From assembly GCA_964391515.1 (NCBI GenBank), contig CAYMML010000001.1:1-49176 (forward strand): a stretch of DNA of 49,176 bases, read 5' to 3'. The stretch is from an uncultured Thermodesulfovibrio sp. (GTDB lineage: Bacteria > Nitrospirota > Thermodesulfovibrionia > Thermodesulfovibrionales > JdFR-85). The translations under genes and the position numbers were made by a program. Positions 1-8,320 of this stretch are shown here, piece after piece (the first letter of the stretch is position 1; each line of letters opens with the position of its first letter). The notes under the pieces were generated by a model that saw only the letters and a program-made list of their open reading frames with translations, did no database searches and had not been told where the DNA came from.

Positions 1-533
1 ACGGTGTGAATACTAACAGCCCAGGGCACGGAGATATAGATAAGCGGCTTTACCCAGCCTGGCGGTGGCACATCCTTGCGGTCTGCCTCAAGGGTTGTCC
101 AGCCGATTATGATGTTAAGCAGGAGATAACCTGTAAGAACCACAGAGTCCCAGAACAGAATTGAGTTTGGTGTTGGGTGAAGTAGCACATTGAATATCCT
201 CATGGGCTGCCCCATGTCAACAAAGATGAAGAGTATGCACATGGTAACGGCAGATACGGCAAGGAACTCCCCGAGTATAACTATCTTGGAGAACTTCTTA
301 TAATTGTGCAGATAATACGGGATAACCAGCATCACGGCAGATGCGGCCACCCCGACCAGAAATGTAAACTGGGAGATGTAAAACCCCCATGATACATCCC
401 GGCTCATACCGGTAATTCCCAGTCCAACCTCTAACTGCCTGAGATAAACGAGGAACCCAGCCCCAACAATCCCAAGCAAAAACAGTAACCAGAGCCAGTA
501 TTTAGGTCTTCCCTGTAGTGCCTTCTCAAACAT
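1..533 (-). CDS. dsrP: DsrP, NrfD-type integral membrane subunit of DsrMKJOP (partial; C-terminus lies outside the window)
   Basis: Absent from the ORF track because it runs off the window. My minus-strand translation from ATG 533-531 gives [18 protein letters not shown]..., followed by long hydrophobic stretches. The start overlaps the dsrO stop by 8 nt, and the position after dsrMKJO is canonical. Confidence 0.85.
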   Translation of the reverse strand, partial: MFEKALQGRPKYWLWLLFLLGIVGAGFLVYLRQLEVGLGITGMSRDVSWGFYISQFTFLVGVAASAVMLVIPYYLHNYKKFSKIVILGEFLAVSAVTMCILFIFVDMGQPMRIFNVLLHPTPNSILFWDSVVLTGYLLLNIIIGWTTLEADRKDVPPPGWVKPLIYISVPWAVSIHT

Positions 534-1320
534 CTTCCTCACCTCCTCCGATTATGTAGAAGACGGCCGGTTCCGTCCCGAGTTCAGGTTTTCTCCTCAT
601 GCTGAAGTGTCTGGCAAGATACCTTCTTACTTCAGAGTTTTCGTCCTCAAGATCACCAAAGAGTATCTTACCCTCTGATGCCTCCACACATGCAGGCCTC
701 AGGCCCATTGATAGCCGTTCAACACAGAAGTTGCACTTTTCAACCACACCAGGTGTTCTTGTGGGAAACTCCGGATTTACATCCTTTATGTAAGGCCTTG
801 GATCAAGCCAGTTGAAACTCCTTGCCCCATAAGGGCAGGCAGCCATACAGAACCTGCAGCCGATACACCTGTGGTAGTCCTGAGCGGTAATCCCATTTTC
901 AAGTTTGAAGGTCGCCTTTGTGGGGCAGACCCTTACACACGGGGCGTGTGTGCAGTGATTGCAGAGCAGAAGAACGGGTTTTTCCTTTATCGCTTCGGGG
1001 ATAAACCTGTTCTCCTGATCAGGAAAGGCGTGCTCAAACTCCTCCTTCCAGAGCCACTTTACCTCATGGTATTTGTCAGGAAAACTCGGCACATTGTGGG
1101 CATGGTGGCATGCCTCAATGAGTTTATCGTAGTCCTCCTCGGTCTTGAACTTCCTCAAATCTATCACCATAGACCAGCGGTTCGCCTGAAGCCCCTGTGC
1201 AGAAGGGGCATACTCCGACATGGCCACCCTGCTTCTTACGAAGAGTTGGGCACCACCAACCCCTATACCTATACATGTCAGTCCGGCAAGTCTGAGAAAC
1301 TCTCTTCTATCCATGCTCAT
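526..1320 (-). CDS. dsrO: DsrO, periplasmic 4Fe-4S ferredoxin subunit with Tat signal
   Basis: Twin-arginine leader [10 protein letters not shown]. Several ferredoxin Cys clusters ([34 protein letters not shown]). 4-nt overlap with dsrJ. Confidence 0.92.
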   Translation of the reverse strand: MSMDRREFLRLAGLTCIGIGVGGAQLFVRSRVAMSEYAPSAQGLQANRWSMVIDLRKFKTEEDYDKLIEACHHAHNVPSFPDKYHEVKWLWKEEFEHAFPDQENRFIPEAIKEKPVLLLCNHCTHAPCVRVCPTKATFKLENGITAQDYHRCIGCRFCMAACPYGARSFNWLDPRPYIKDVNPEFPTRTPGVVEKCNFCVERLSMGLRPACVEASEGKILFGDLEDENSEVRRYLARHFSMRRKPELGTEPAVFYIIGGGEEDV

Positions 1321-1712
1321 CTTACACCCTCCTTTGCGAAGTGGCAGTCCCAGCAGTAGGGGTCAACAGCAGCGTAACTGTGGCACTCATCACAGAACTT
1401 CTTTCTATTAGAATGGCACTTCAGGCAGGTATTCTGTAGGCTGATCCGGTAGTGTCTGCCCTCTGAGTTTATGTACTCACGCTTTGCCTCGCGGAGTGCC
1501 GAGTCACGCCACTCGATGAGGAGTTGCATGTGGTTTGCCCTCATGAACTCCTTTGACTCCACACACTTTTTCTCGGAGAGAGCCTTTATGACAGGTGTGT
1601 CCAGGCTCGGCTCCGGTTTTGCCTGAGACTTGCCAATGTTGGCATAAAAGGGAAAGGTGGCAAATGCCAGAAAGATAAGCAACCCGATTATTATCTTTCC
1701 ACCGTCATACAT
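1317..1712 (-). CDS. dsrJ: DsrJ, trihaem cytochrome c
   Basis: Three CxxCH motifs (CLKCH, CDECH, CWDCH), an N-terminal membrane anchor, 131 aa, and a TAATG overlap with dsrK. Confidence 0.92.
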   Translation of the reverse strand: MYDGGKIIIGLLIFLAFATFPFYANIGKSQAKPEPSLDTPVIKALSEKKCVESKEFMRANHMQLLIEWRDSALREAKREYINSEGRHYRISLQNTCLKCHSNRKKFCDECHSYAAVDPYCWDCHFAKEGVR

Positions 1713-3343
1713 TATTCATCCTCCTCCTCTGTATCCTCCATCCCTGGGAGGGGTTCTAATCTCAGATCCATCGTCCTCTTCGTCTCACCGGTCATCACGA
1801 GCGCATTACCAACCAGTTCGTGCACACCACAGACATCAACCTCAGGAACCCAGTACTGCATCAGGGTGGGAAGTGCCGCCCTGTCTATGGCACAGATGTT
1901 GGCAAGCATGTTCACCCCGTACTTCTCGTGAACATACCTCACCGCATTCGCCCTTGGAAAGCCGCCACGCATCCTCAGTTCCATATTCTCTCCTGCATTC
2001 AGACCCGAGCCGCTCCCACAGCAGAATGTCTTTTCACGGATCGTATCCTCAGGCATCTCGACAAAGTTTCTTGCCACATTCTTGATTATGTATCTCGGCT
2101 CCTCAAAGATACCCATTCCGCGGGAGGTGTTACAGGAGTCGTGGAAGGTGATCTTGAGATGGTCGTTTCTGCTTGGGTCGAGTTTGAGTTTGCCATGCCT
2201 GATCAGATCAGCCGTAAACTCGGTAACATGAACCATCTTTGTGGACTTTGCATTTTCAAACACCGTTCCCGTTATGGGTGATTTGGGAACCTCGAGAAAG
2301 TCGGCAGGCCCGTGCCATGTGTCGAGATACTGGTGTATGAGCCTCCACATATGGCCACACTCACCACCGATTATGTATTTCACGCCGAGCCTCTTTGCCT
2401 CGGCATAGATCTTATAGTGGAGTCTCTTGGCCATCTCGTTTGATGTAAAGAACCCGAAGTTACCACCCTCAGAGGCGTATGTGCTCCAGGTATAGTCCAG
2501 ACCCAGTTCGTGAAAGAGCATCAGATAGCCCATGCAGGTATATACACCGGGAAGGCCAAAGAGATCACCCGATGGGGTTACAAAGAGTATCTCCGCACCC
2601 TTTCTGTTGAATGATGGCTCTATCCTGATACCGGTGATCTCCTCGATATCGTCGCACATCATCTCGATGTTGCTCTGGATCGTGTGAGGCTCAAGCCCAA
2701 GGTGGTTTCCCTTGTGGTAACAGTTAGCCACCGGCCCTCCGATCCAGTCTGTCTGAAGGCCAAGGAGGTTTGTCAGTTCCCTGGCCATGATGGTAACCTC
2801 TGCAGTATCGATCCCGTAGGGGCAGAAGACGGAACAACGGCGGCACTCAGTGCACTGGTAGTAGTAGTACCACCACTCCTTGATCACATCCTCAGTGAGT
2901 TCCCTTGCACCTGCGTGTTTGCCAAGGAGTTTACCACCGGTAGTAAAATACTTTCTGTAAATAGACCTCATCAACTCCGCCCTCAGGACGGGCATGTTTT
3001 TCGGATCTCCTGAACCTATGTAGAAGTGGCACTTGTCTGCACAGGCACCACAACGCACACATATATCCATGAACAACTGGAAGGATCTGTATTTGCCGAG
3101 CCGGTCCTTCATACCCTCAAGGACGATCTCCTTCCAGTTTTCCGGGAGTTTCCAGTCCTCTTCGGCAGAGTTCCACTCCCGGGGGTTTGGTAGCCCAACC
3201 TCCTCAAGGTACTTGGGCCTCGAGGCGTAGCAGTATGTGCCCGGCTTGAACTCAACGGGCGTTTCCATCCACTGTGTCTTGGGAGGACGGTAATCTATCT
3301 TTGCAAGTTCTTCAGGCTTTGGTGGTTTGGTTGATTTTGACAT
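1712..3343 (-). CDS. dsrK: DsrK, HdrD-like catalytic iron-sulfur subunit
   Basis: FeS motifs CVRCGACADKC and CTECRRCSVFCP, plus a CCG-type motif TFCCGSGSG. Lies between dsrM and dsrJ. Confidence 0.93.
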   Translation of the reverse strand: MSKSTKPPKPEELAKIDYRPPKTQWMETPVEFKPGTYCYASRPKYLEEVGLPNPREWNSAEEDWKLPENWKEIVLEGMKDRLGKYRSFQLFMDICVRCGACADKCHFYIGSGDPKNMPVLRAELMRSIYRKYFTTGGKLLGKHAGARELTEDVIKEWWYYYYQCTECRRCSVFCPYGIDTAEVTIMARELTNLLGLQTDWIGGPVANCYHKGNHLGLEPHTIQSNIEMMCDDIEEITGIRIEPSFNRKGAEILFVTPSGDLFGLPGVYTCMGYLMLFHELGLDYTWSTYASEGGNFGFFTSNEMAKRLHYKIYAEAKRLGVKYIIGGECGHMWRLIHQYLDTWHGPADFLEVPKSPITGTVFENAKSTKMVHVTEFTADLIRHGKLKLDPSRNDHLKITFHDSCNTSRGMGIFEEPRYIIKNVARNFVEMPEDTIREKTFCCGSGSGLNAGENMELRMRGGFPRANAVRYVHEKYGVNMLANICAIDRAALPTLMQYWVPEVDVCGVHELVGNALVMTGETKRTMDLRLEPLPGMEDTEEEDE

Positions 3344-3346
3344 ACC

Positions 3347-4396
3347 TTACTCCTTTCCCTCACTTTCTTCAGAGGCCTCTTCTGTTGTCTCTGTGGTTTC
3401 CGGTTCGTCCTTCTCAACAGGGATTCCAGCCATCTTCATCTTCTCTCTGAACTCCTCCTCGTACTCCTCATAGGTATGCACCTTCACCGGATAGTTCCAT
3501 GGGTTCACATGCCGCTTCATCCGGCTGTTGTTGGCAAGGTTTCTCGTAGGACTCAGAAACACCCCACCAAGGTGAACCAGTTTGCTAAAGGGGAAGTAAG
3601 CAAAGAGCGTGCTTATCAGGAAGAGGTGAATGTAAAATATCGTTCCTATCCCATCGGGGACCTTCGGGCTCAGCGATGCAAGCCCCAGTGTGAGTTCCTT
3701 CACCTTAATGATGTCAACCTTAAGGAAGTACCTCATAATGATACCCGTTGAGGCGATGCCGATGATGAGAAAGAGCGGGAAGTAGTCGGCAGGCAGGGAT
3801 ATGTATCTGACCTGAGGGATGTAGAACCTCCTTATGAGGAGGTATGTTGCGGCAAGAAGAAGTGTAACGCCGGTCATAAGCATGTGAGGGGAACCGATCT
3901 GGAGAAAGCCATCCACGGCATCGAGCATCTTTATCAGCCCCGGAACGGGGTTCGTGAAAAACCTCAAATGCCTCAACAGCACTATAAAGAACGACCAGTG
4001 GAATACAAAGCCGCCAAGCCAGAGCCATTTCTCCCAGCCGTAGGCAAGCCTTGGCCCTTCGTGCAGTTCCGTTTTCAGGTTCCTGAAGAGCGACCTGAAA
4101 AGCAGAACTTCCATCGCCATCCTTACTATAACTCCTCCGGTGCCGGCAGGGCTCTCAATCTTGCTGTAATGGATCCAGGGAAGCGACTTCTGCTGACCAC
4201 AGGTGGTGGGAATATGAAATGGAACGGGAACCCGTGCCCACTTGAGTATCCTGAGGATAAACCCCACGAAAAAAGTAAGCACAGCAAGATATGGAACGAT
4301 AACACCAAAGAGGACCTGCAGGGAGAGCACCTTAACACCCACGAGAGCAGCAAGGATGAGCACCAAAACGGCTACCAATGAAACCATTGCTCCCAT
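3347..4396 (-). CDS. dsrM: DsrM, NarI/HdrE-like membrane dihaem cytochrome b
   Basis: Polytopic membrane protein 3 nt upstream of dsrK, with an acidic C-terminal tail. Position and size are typical for DsrM. Confidence 0.88.
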   Translation of the reverse strand: MGAMVSLVAVLVLILAALVGVKVLSLQVLFGVIVPYLAVLTFFVGFILRILKWARVPVPFHIPTTCGQQKSLPWIHYSKIESPAGTGGVIVRMAMEVLLFRSLFRNLKTELHEGPRLAYGWEKWLWLGGFVFHWSFFIVLLRHLRFFTNPVPGLIKMLDAVDGFLQIGSPHMLMTGVTLLLAATYLLIRRFYIPQVRYISLPADYFPLFLIIGIASTGIIMRYFLKVDIIKVKELTLGLASLSPKVPDGIGTIFYIHLFLISTLFAYFPFSKLVHLGGVFLSPTRNLANNSRMKRHVNPWNYPVKVHTYEEYEEEFREKMKMAGIPVEKDEPETTETTEEASEESEGKE

Positions 4397-4432
4397 TATA
4401 ACCTCCTTCAGTGAACTGAAAATGAATATAAC

Positions 4433-4951
4433 TCAGTCTTTTTTCTCTACCCCAAAACTCTCATTTACCCTTTCAAGCAGCCTGTATGTCCAGTTCCTCA
4501 TCTCGTTTGCCTTGAGTTCGTAAATCTTTTCCCGGCACTCCATAAAGATATCAAATGCCCTGAAGGTAAGTTCATCTATCCTCCTCTCAAGGGCAACATA
4601 CTCAACAAGGGTATCAGGGTCGTTGAGTCTTTCGCCAAGCAACTCCCTGACAATCCCTTTGAGGCCGGGCATGAATGAGAGCGCCCTGGAGGGGCTGAAG
4701 TCCTGAACCGCCCGTATCCTGATTATCCTGTCGAGAAAGGCATCCACACCATCACCCTCCTCGTGGCTGATAACCGCATCCAGAAGCCCTGACATGCCAT
4801 CTCTGAAGGACTGACCAACGGGGTTTGTAAACTCATTATTCCCGTGCTTTAAAAACCGTGCGGTCTCAGGCGGGTATGTCTCAAGAATATGGTCGTACCA
4901 CTGCCTTAGCAGGGCATCCTTCTTTTCTTTGAGGAACTCTTCAAGTCTCAT
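4433..4951 (-). CDS. Conserved soluble protein in the dsrT position (possibly RsbRD N-terminal-domain-like)
   Basis: 172 aa with no TM segment, immediately upstream of dsrM (36-nt gap). This is where dsrT sits in other dsrMKJOP loci. The family call rests on position and general composition only. Confidence 0.5.
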   Translation of the reverse strand: MRLEEFLKEKKDALLRQWYDHILETYPPETARFLKHGNNEFTNPVGQSFRDGMSGLLDAVISHEEGDGVDAFLDRIIRIRAVQDFSPSRALSFMPGLKGIVRELLGERLNDPDTLVEYVALERRIDELTFRAFDIFMECREKIYELKANEMRNWTYRLLERVNESFGVEKKD

Positions 4952-5024
4952 AGCAGGGTATCAAAGGAAAGGGTATTGAGGACTTCCCCAACACCCTTTC
5001 TGTTTTTCTTTTGTTGATTTAAAA

Positions 5025-5360
5025 TTATACGCAGCCGGTGGGCTTGGGAAGACCTGCATAACGGCAGGCCTGTTTTGCAGGGCCATCCGGGAACAGTTGA
5101 TAGAGATACTTGGTATTGCCCTTCTCAGGCCCCATGTTCTTCTTGATCTCCTTAACGAGTATCTTGATCATAGGCGCAATCTGGTATTTATTGTAGTAGT
5201 CTCTCAGGAAGTTGATGATATCCCAGTGCTCCTGTGTAAGTTCCTGTCCATCCTGCTGTGCCATGTACTCGGCAAGTTCGGGTGTCCAGTCTTCAAGGTT
5301 CTGAAGATAACCCTCTTCATCGACCTCAATGGTCTTGCCACCAAACTCAATAGTAGCCAT
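5025..5360 (-). CDS. dsrC: DsrC, sulfur-carrier substrate protein of DsrAB (TusE/DsrC family)
   Basis: 111 aa. C-terminal arm ACRYAGLPKPTGCV carries the two conserved Cys, separated by 10 residues with the second one penultimate. Strong SD (AGGAGG). Confidence 0.95.
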   Translation of the reverse strand: MATIEFGGKTIEVDEEGYLQNLEDWTPELAEYMAQQDGQELTQEHWDIINFLRDYYNKYQIAPMIKILVKEIKKNMGPEKGNTKYLYQLFPDGPAKQACRYAGLPKPTGCV

Positions 5361-5434
5361 TTTGAACCTCCTTATCTTTAATTTTTTATTGGGAAAATCC
5401 CTTTGTGAACAAGTGTTGCCATTTTATCAAGGCT

Positions 5435-5478
5435 ATAAACATTAATACAGTCAGACCTTCAGGGTCAAATTAAAAAAT
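5435..5478 (-). promoter_or_regulatory. dsrC promoter module (UP element, -35 TTGACC, extended -10 TGTATTAAT)
   Basis: Minus strand ATTTTTTAATTTGACC-N9-TGACTGTATTAATGTTTAT. Nearly identical to 10724-10767. Confidence 0.75.
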
Positions 5479-5515
5479 GTAATCTGCAAATTAGCAGAAC
5501 TTATTGTTATATCCA

Positions 5516-5902
5516 CTATTTTCTGGAACCACCAAAGCGGATCTTCACAAAGATCAGCCTTGCCCTAACGCCCTGTCTGAGGCGAGCCATTTCACCGGGC
5601 AACACCCGGTGAGCACCAGGGAGATAAAAGAGTTCTCTAACCTCATAGTCCTCACCCTCCTCCAGCCCTGAAGCCATCTCCCAGTCGTCACCACAGGCGA
5701 AGGCAAGTGTGTCTGCAAATACCTCCCCCAGGTTCCTCCCCGTAGGATCACAGCCATACACAGCACCACAGGAGCATCTACCACCAAAAAAGAAACTCAA
5801 CTCCGTGGGAATGTCTCGTGGCCTCTCAAAAAGTTCCCTGCAGAAGGGACATCGGGGCTCTGTCAGTGTTGTCTTATCTTCCCTATCCCTTCTCCATCGC
5901 AA
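5516..5902 (-). CDS. Cysteine-rich hypothetical protein embedded in the dsr locus
   Basis: 128-aa ORF with CPFC...CSCGAVYGC (zinc-ribbon-like) and an acidic middle. The only in-frame start ahead of the Cys motif is TTG 5902. A consensus promoter lies directly upstream. Confidence 0.55.
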   Translation of the reverse strand: MRWRRDREDKTTLTEPRCPFCRELFERPRDIPTELSFFFGGRCSCGAVYGCDPTGRNLGEVFADTLAFACGDDWEMASGLEEGEDYEVRELFYLPGAHRVLPGEMARLRQGVRARLIFVKIRFGGSRK

Positions 5903-5910
5903 GGTTGATA

Positions 5911-5939
5911 ATTATAACACTTCGGGGTCTTCAAGTCAA
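5911..5939 (-). promoter_or_regulatory. Consensus sigma70 promoter TTGACT-N17-(TGT)TATAAT upstream of the Cys-rich ORF
   Basis: Minus strand TTGACT (5939-5934), 17-nt spacer ending in TGT, TATAAT (5916-5911), then TATCAACC and TTG 5902. Confidence 0.7.
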
Positions 5940-5957
5940 ATCAAACCCTCACTCGTC

Positions 5958-6623
5958 TTAGGCGTGGGTGAGGATTTTTCCTGTCAGTTCAGAGACCCGA
6001 TACTGCCTCATCGAGTCTTCCTCATAGACAGAGATCTTTTCACTGTCATGAGAGAGCCTTCGTAGATCTTCCATAAACTCGTCTTTAGGAAGTATTCCCT
6101 GGAGACAGTTTATAGTGATGACCGCCTGTCCCCTTACCTCAGGCAGATGAGACCGCAATGCCTCTTTTATCATGTTAATAAGAGTATTTTTGTCCTCTAT
6201 TAGATCAGGATAAAGACTCCCTATCCTACACATGGCATAGAGCACGCCCGGCTGGAAGACCTCCTCCTCAAAGTACTCCGGCAGAAGATAGGCGATATCT
6301 CCGTACTCCTTCGGCCTTTTTCTGATTATCTCTGCAAGCATCTCTATTGCAGACCAGCCAAGCCCGCCTGACTCCTCGGTGATAGACCAGAGAAGCCGTC
6401 TTGCTATGTTTCTGCCCTCCTCCAGTGACCTCTCCGTGATCCGGTCAACCACCTTTGAAAGGGCGATTATCGCCCGCCAGGTGATAACCGAGGTCTTATC
6501 ATAACTCTGGTTGATAAGCACACTGACGGTTCTGATATTGTCTTCGGCAAGTCTGACGATCTCATCCAGTTCACCCCGTTCAAGGGCATTGATCACCTTT
6601 TTCCTCAGTTCTCTAAACTTCAT
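5958..6623 (-). CDS. Hypothetical all-helical (HEAT/armadillo-like) protein embedded in the dsr locus
   Basis: ATG 6623 is preceded by GAGGAG at 5 nt spacing. The longer track start at 6650 would overlap dsrN by 38 nt. Leu/Glu/Arg-rich repetitive helical sequence. Overlaps the dsrN stop by 11 nt. Confidence 0.6.
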   Translation of the reverse strand: MKFRELRKKVINALERGELDEIVRLAEDNIRTVSVLINQSYDKTSVITWRAIIALSKVVDRITERSLEEGRNIARRLLWSITEESGGLGWSAIEMLAEIIRKRPKEYGDIAYLLPEYFEEEVFQPGVLYAMCRIGSLYPDLIEDKNTLINMIKEALRSHLPEVRGQAVITINCLQGILPKDEFMEDLRRLSHDSEKISVYEEDSMRQYRVSELTGKILTHA

Positions 6624-7998
6624 GTTTACTCCTCTTGTAACTTCTTGCAACCCTCAAAACACCCCTTGCCCATTCAGGGGAGCCAAGGGCGTGAAGGTGT
6701 GTGTATGTGGCAAAGACATTCCCGGCACAAATACCGTCCATCCCGTTTATTATACCCTTTCCCCTCCTCATACTGAAAACAAGGTTTATTGAACCCTCAT
6801 CCACAAGTGGTCTTGAATAATGAAACTCATGCCCCTTCAGCCTTGTGCCTCTTTCAAAATAGGGTGTATCCGAAATCACCTCAACCTCTGTATAGCCGTG
6901 TGCCACGGGTCTTCCCTCCATCCTGAATGAAAGCGGAAGTATTCCCGTCATGGGGTAAACCCTGCCACCCATCTCTATCTCACGGCCGAGATACATGAGT
7001 CCGCCACACTCGGCATATACCGGTAGCCCCCTTTCTGCCATCTCCCTGACCGCCTGCATAAACTTCTCGTTACGGGAGATTGCCGGGGCATTGGTCTCGG
7101 GGAAGCCACCACCTATGTATAGCAGGTCGATATCCCCAGGGGCATCAGCCTCAAGGGCGTTAAGATAGACTATCTCTGCCCCCCCCTGCTCAAGGTATTC
7201 GATATTTTCGGGATAGTAAAACTGGAATGCCCTGTCCATAACCACCCCGATCCTCACCGCCTCGCCGGATTCAGTCTGCCGCTCCGGAGAGACATGAACT
7301 GCCTCACACCGGCCTGAGACATTTATAAGGCGATCCAGATCCAGCCCGCCCTCAACCGCCTTGGAGAGCCCATCTATGGTCTTTTCTATCTCCTCCGACT
7401 CAGAAACGGTAACCAGCCCGAGGTGCCGCTCAGGTATTACATCCTCGCCAAGTTTCCCAATGGCACCTATCACATCTATAGAGGTATATTTCTCAATTGC
7501 ACCCCTGACCATCCGCTCATGCCTTATGCCACCTATCCGGTTCAGTATCACACCACCTATCTGGAGCCCCTCCTCAAACTCCGCCACTCCCTTCAGAATG
7601 GCTGCTACAGTCCTTGTTACCTTTGAACAGTCTATTACAATGATGACCGGGGCATTTAATATCCTTGCAAGTGAAGAGGTGCTGAAAGAGCCATCAACAT
7701 CCATCCCGTCAAAAAGCCCCCTGTTACCCTCCACAACCGCAATATGGGCATTCTGCGCACCATATGAAAATGACCTGGCGATATTGTCCTTACTCATCAG
7801 GTAGGCATCTAAGTTACGGCAGGTGTTGCCTGCTGCCCTCGCAAGCCAGCCGGCATCGATATAATCAGGCCCCTTTTTGAACGGGCTTACCCTGAGCCCA
7901 CGGTTTCTAAGTGCCCGTACAATACCAATAGAAAGGGTGGTTTTACCAGAGCCCCCTCTAAGCCCTGCTATAACCACCCTTGGAGTTTTAACAAGCAT
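6613..7998 (-). CDS. dsrN: DsrN, cobyrinic acid a,c-diamide synthase-like sirohaem amidase
   Basis: CbiA/CobB architecture: N-terminal P-loop GLRGGSGKTT and a C-terminal glutamine amidotransferase domain (ECGGLMYL, HEFHYS). Follows dsrD. Confidence 0.88.
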   Translation of the reverse strand: MLVKTPRVVIAGLRGGSGKTTLSIGIVRALRNRGLRVSPFKKGPDYIDAGWLARAAGNTCRNLDAYLMSKDNIARSFSYGAQNAHIAVVEGNRGLFDGMDVDGSFSTSSLARILNAPVIIVIDCSKVTRTVAAILKGVAEFEEGLQIGGVILNRIGGIRHERMVRGAIEKYTSIDVIGAIGKLGEDVIPERHLGLVTVSESEEIEKTIDGLSKAVEGGLDLDRLINVSGRCEAVHVSPERQTESGEAVRIGVVMDRAFQFYYPENIEYLEQGGAEIVYLNALEADAPGDIDLLYIGGGFPETNAPAISRNEKFMQAVREMAERGLPVYAECGGLMYLGREIEMGGRVYPMTGILPLSFRMEGRPVAHGYTEVEVISDTPYFERGTRLKGHEFHYSRPLVDEGSINLVFSMRRGKGIINGMDGICAGNVFATYTHLHALGSPEWARGVLRVARSYKRSKHEV

Positions 7999-8025
7999 AT
8001 ATTTTTAGATATTCAGAACACCCCA

Positions 8026-8244
8026 CTACTCCTTTGGGGGGATCTCCACGTAACTTCCTCCCTTGTAGGAATAGATGAGAGTGCCGGCATCCATGAGTTC
8101 CTTAAGCGCAGCCTTTGCCTCGGGCTTGGGAACTCCGTGTTCGGCATTGAGTTTCTTGAAAAGGTCGCCGGGCTTAAGGAGTTTTTTGCCCATTGACTTT
8201 TCAACCATCTCATAGATTATCTTCTTCAGTTCTTCCCTGTCCAT
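8026..8244 (-). CDS. dsrD: DsrD, small winged-helix protein of reductive dsr loci
   Basis: 72 aa, Lys-rich, directly after dsrB. The ...LIYSYKGGSYVEI block resembles the DsrD C-terminal region. Confidence 0.8.
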   Translation of the reverse strand: MDREELKKIIYEMVEKSMGKKLLKPGDLFKKLNAEHGVPKPEAKAALKELMDAGTLIYSYKGGSYVEIPPKE

Positions 8245-8277
8245 TATGCACCTCTCGTTGTTTTGGTGTTAGCATTG

Positions 8278-8303
8278 AGGGAGACCCACAAAGGGGTCTC
8301 CCC
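8278..8303 (-). other. 10-bp GC-rich intercistronic hairpin between dsrB and dsrD
   Basis: GGGGAGACCC-loop(6 nt)-GGGTCTCCCC, with no following U-tract. Confidence 0.7.
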
Positions 8304-8320
8304 GTTCTGGACTATTATAA

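Noticed and set aside
4407-4420. Palindrome TTCAGT-GA-ACTGAA abutting the dsrM SD, as a possible translational hairpin or operator.
   Set aside because: A 2-nt loop is sterically impossible, so at most 5 bp could form. That is too weak and too short to interpret alone.
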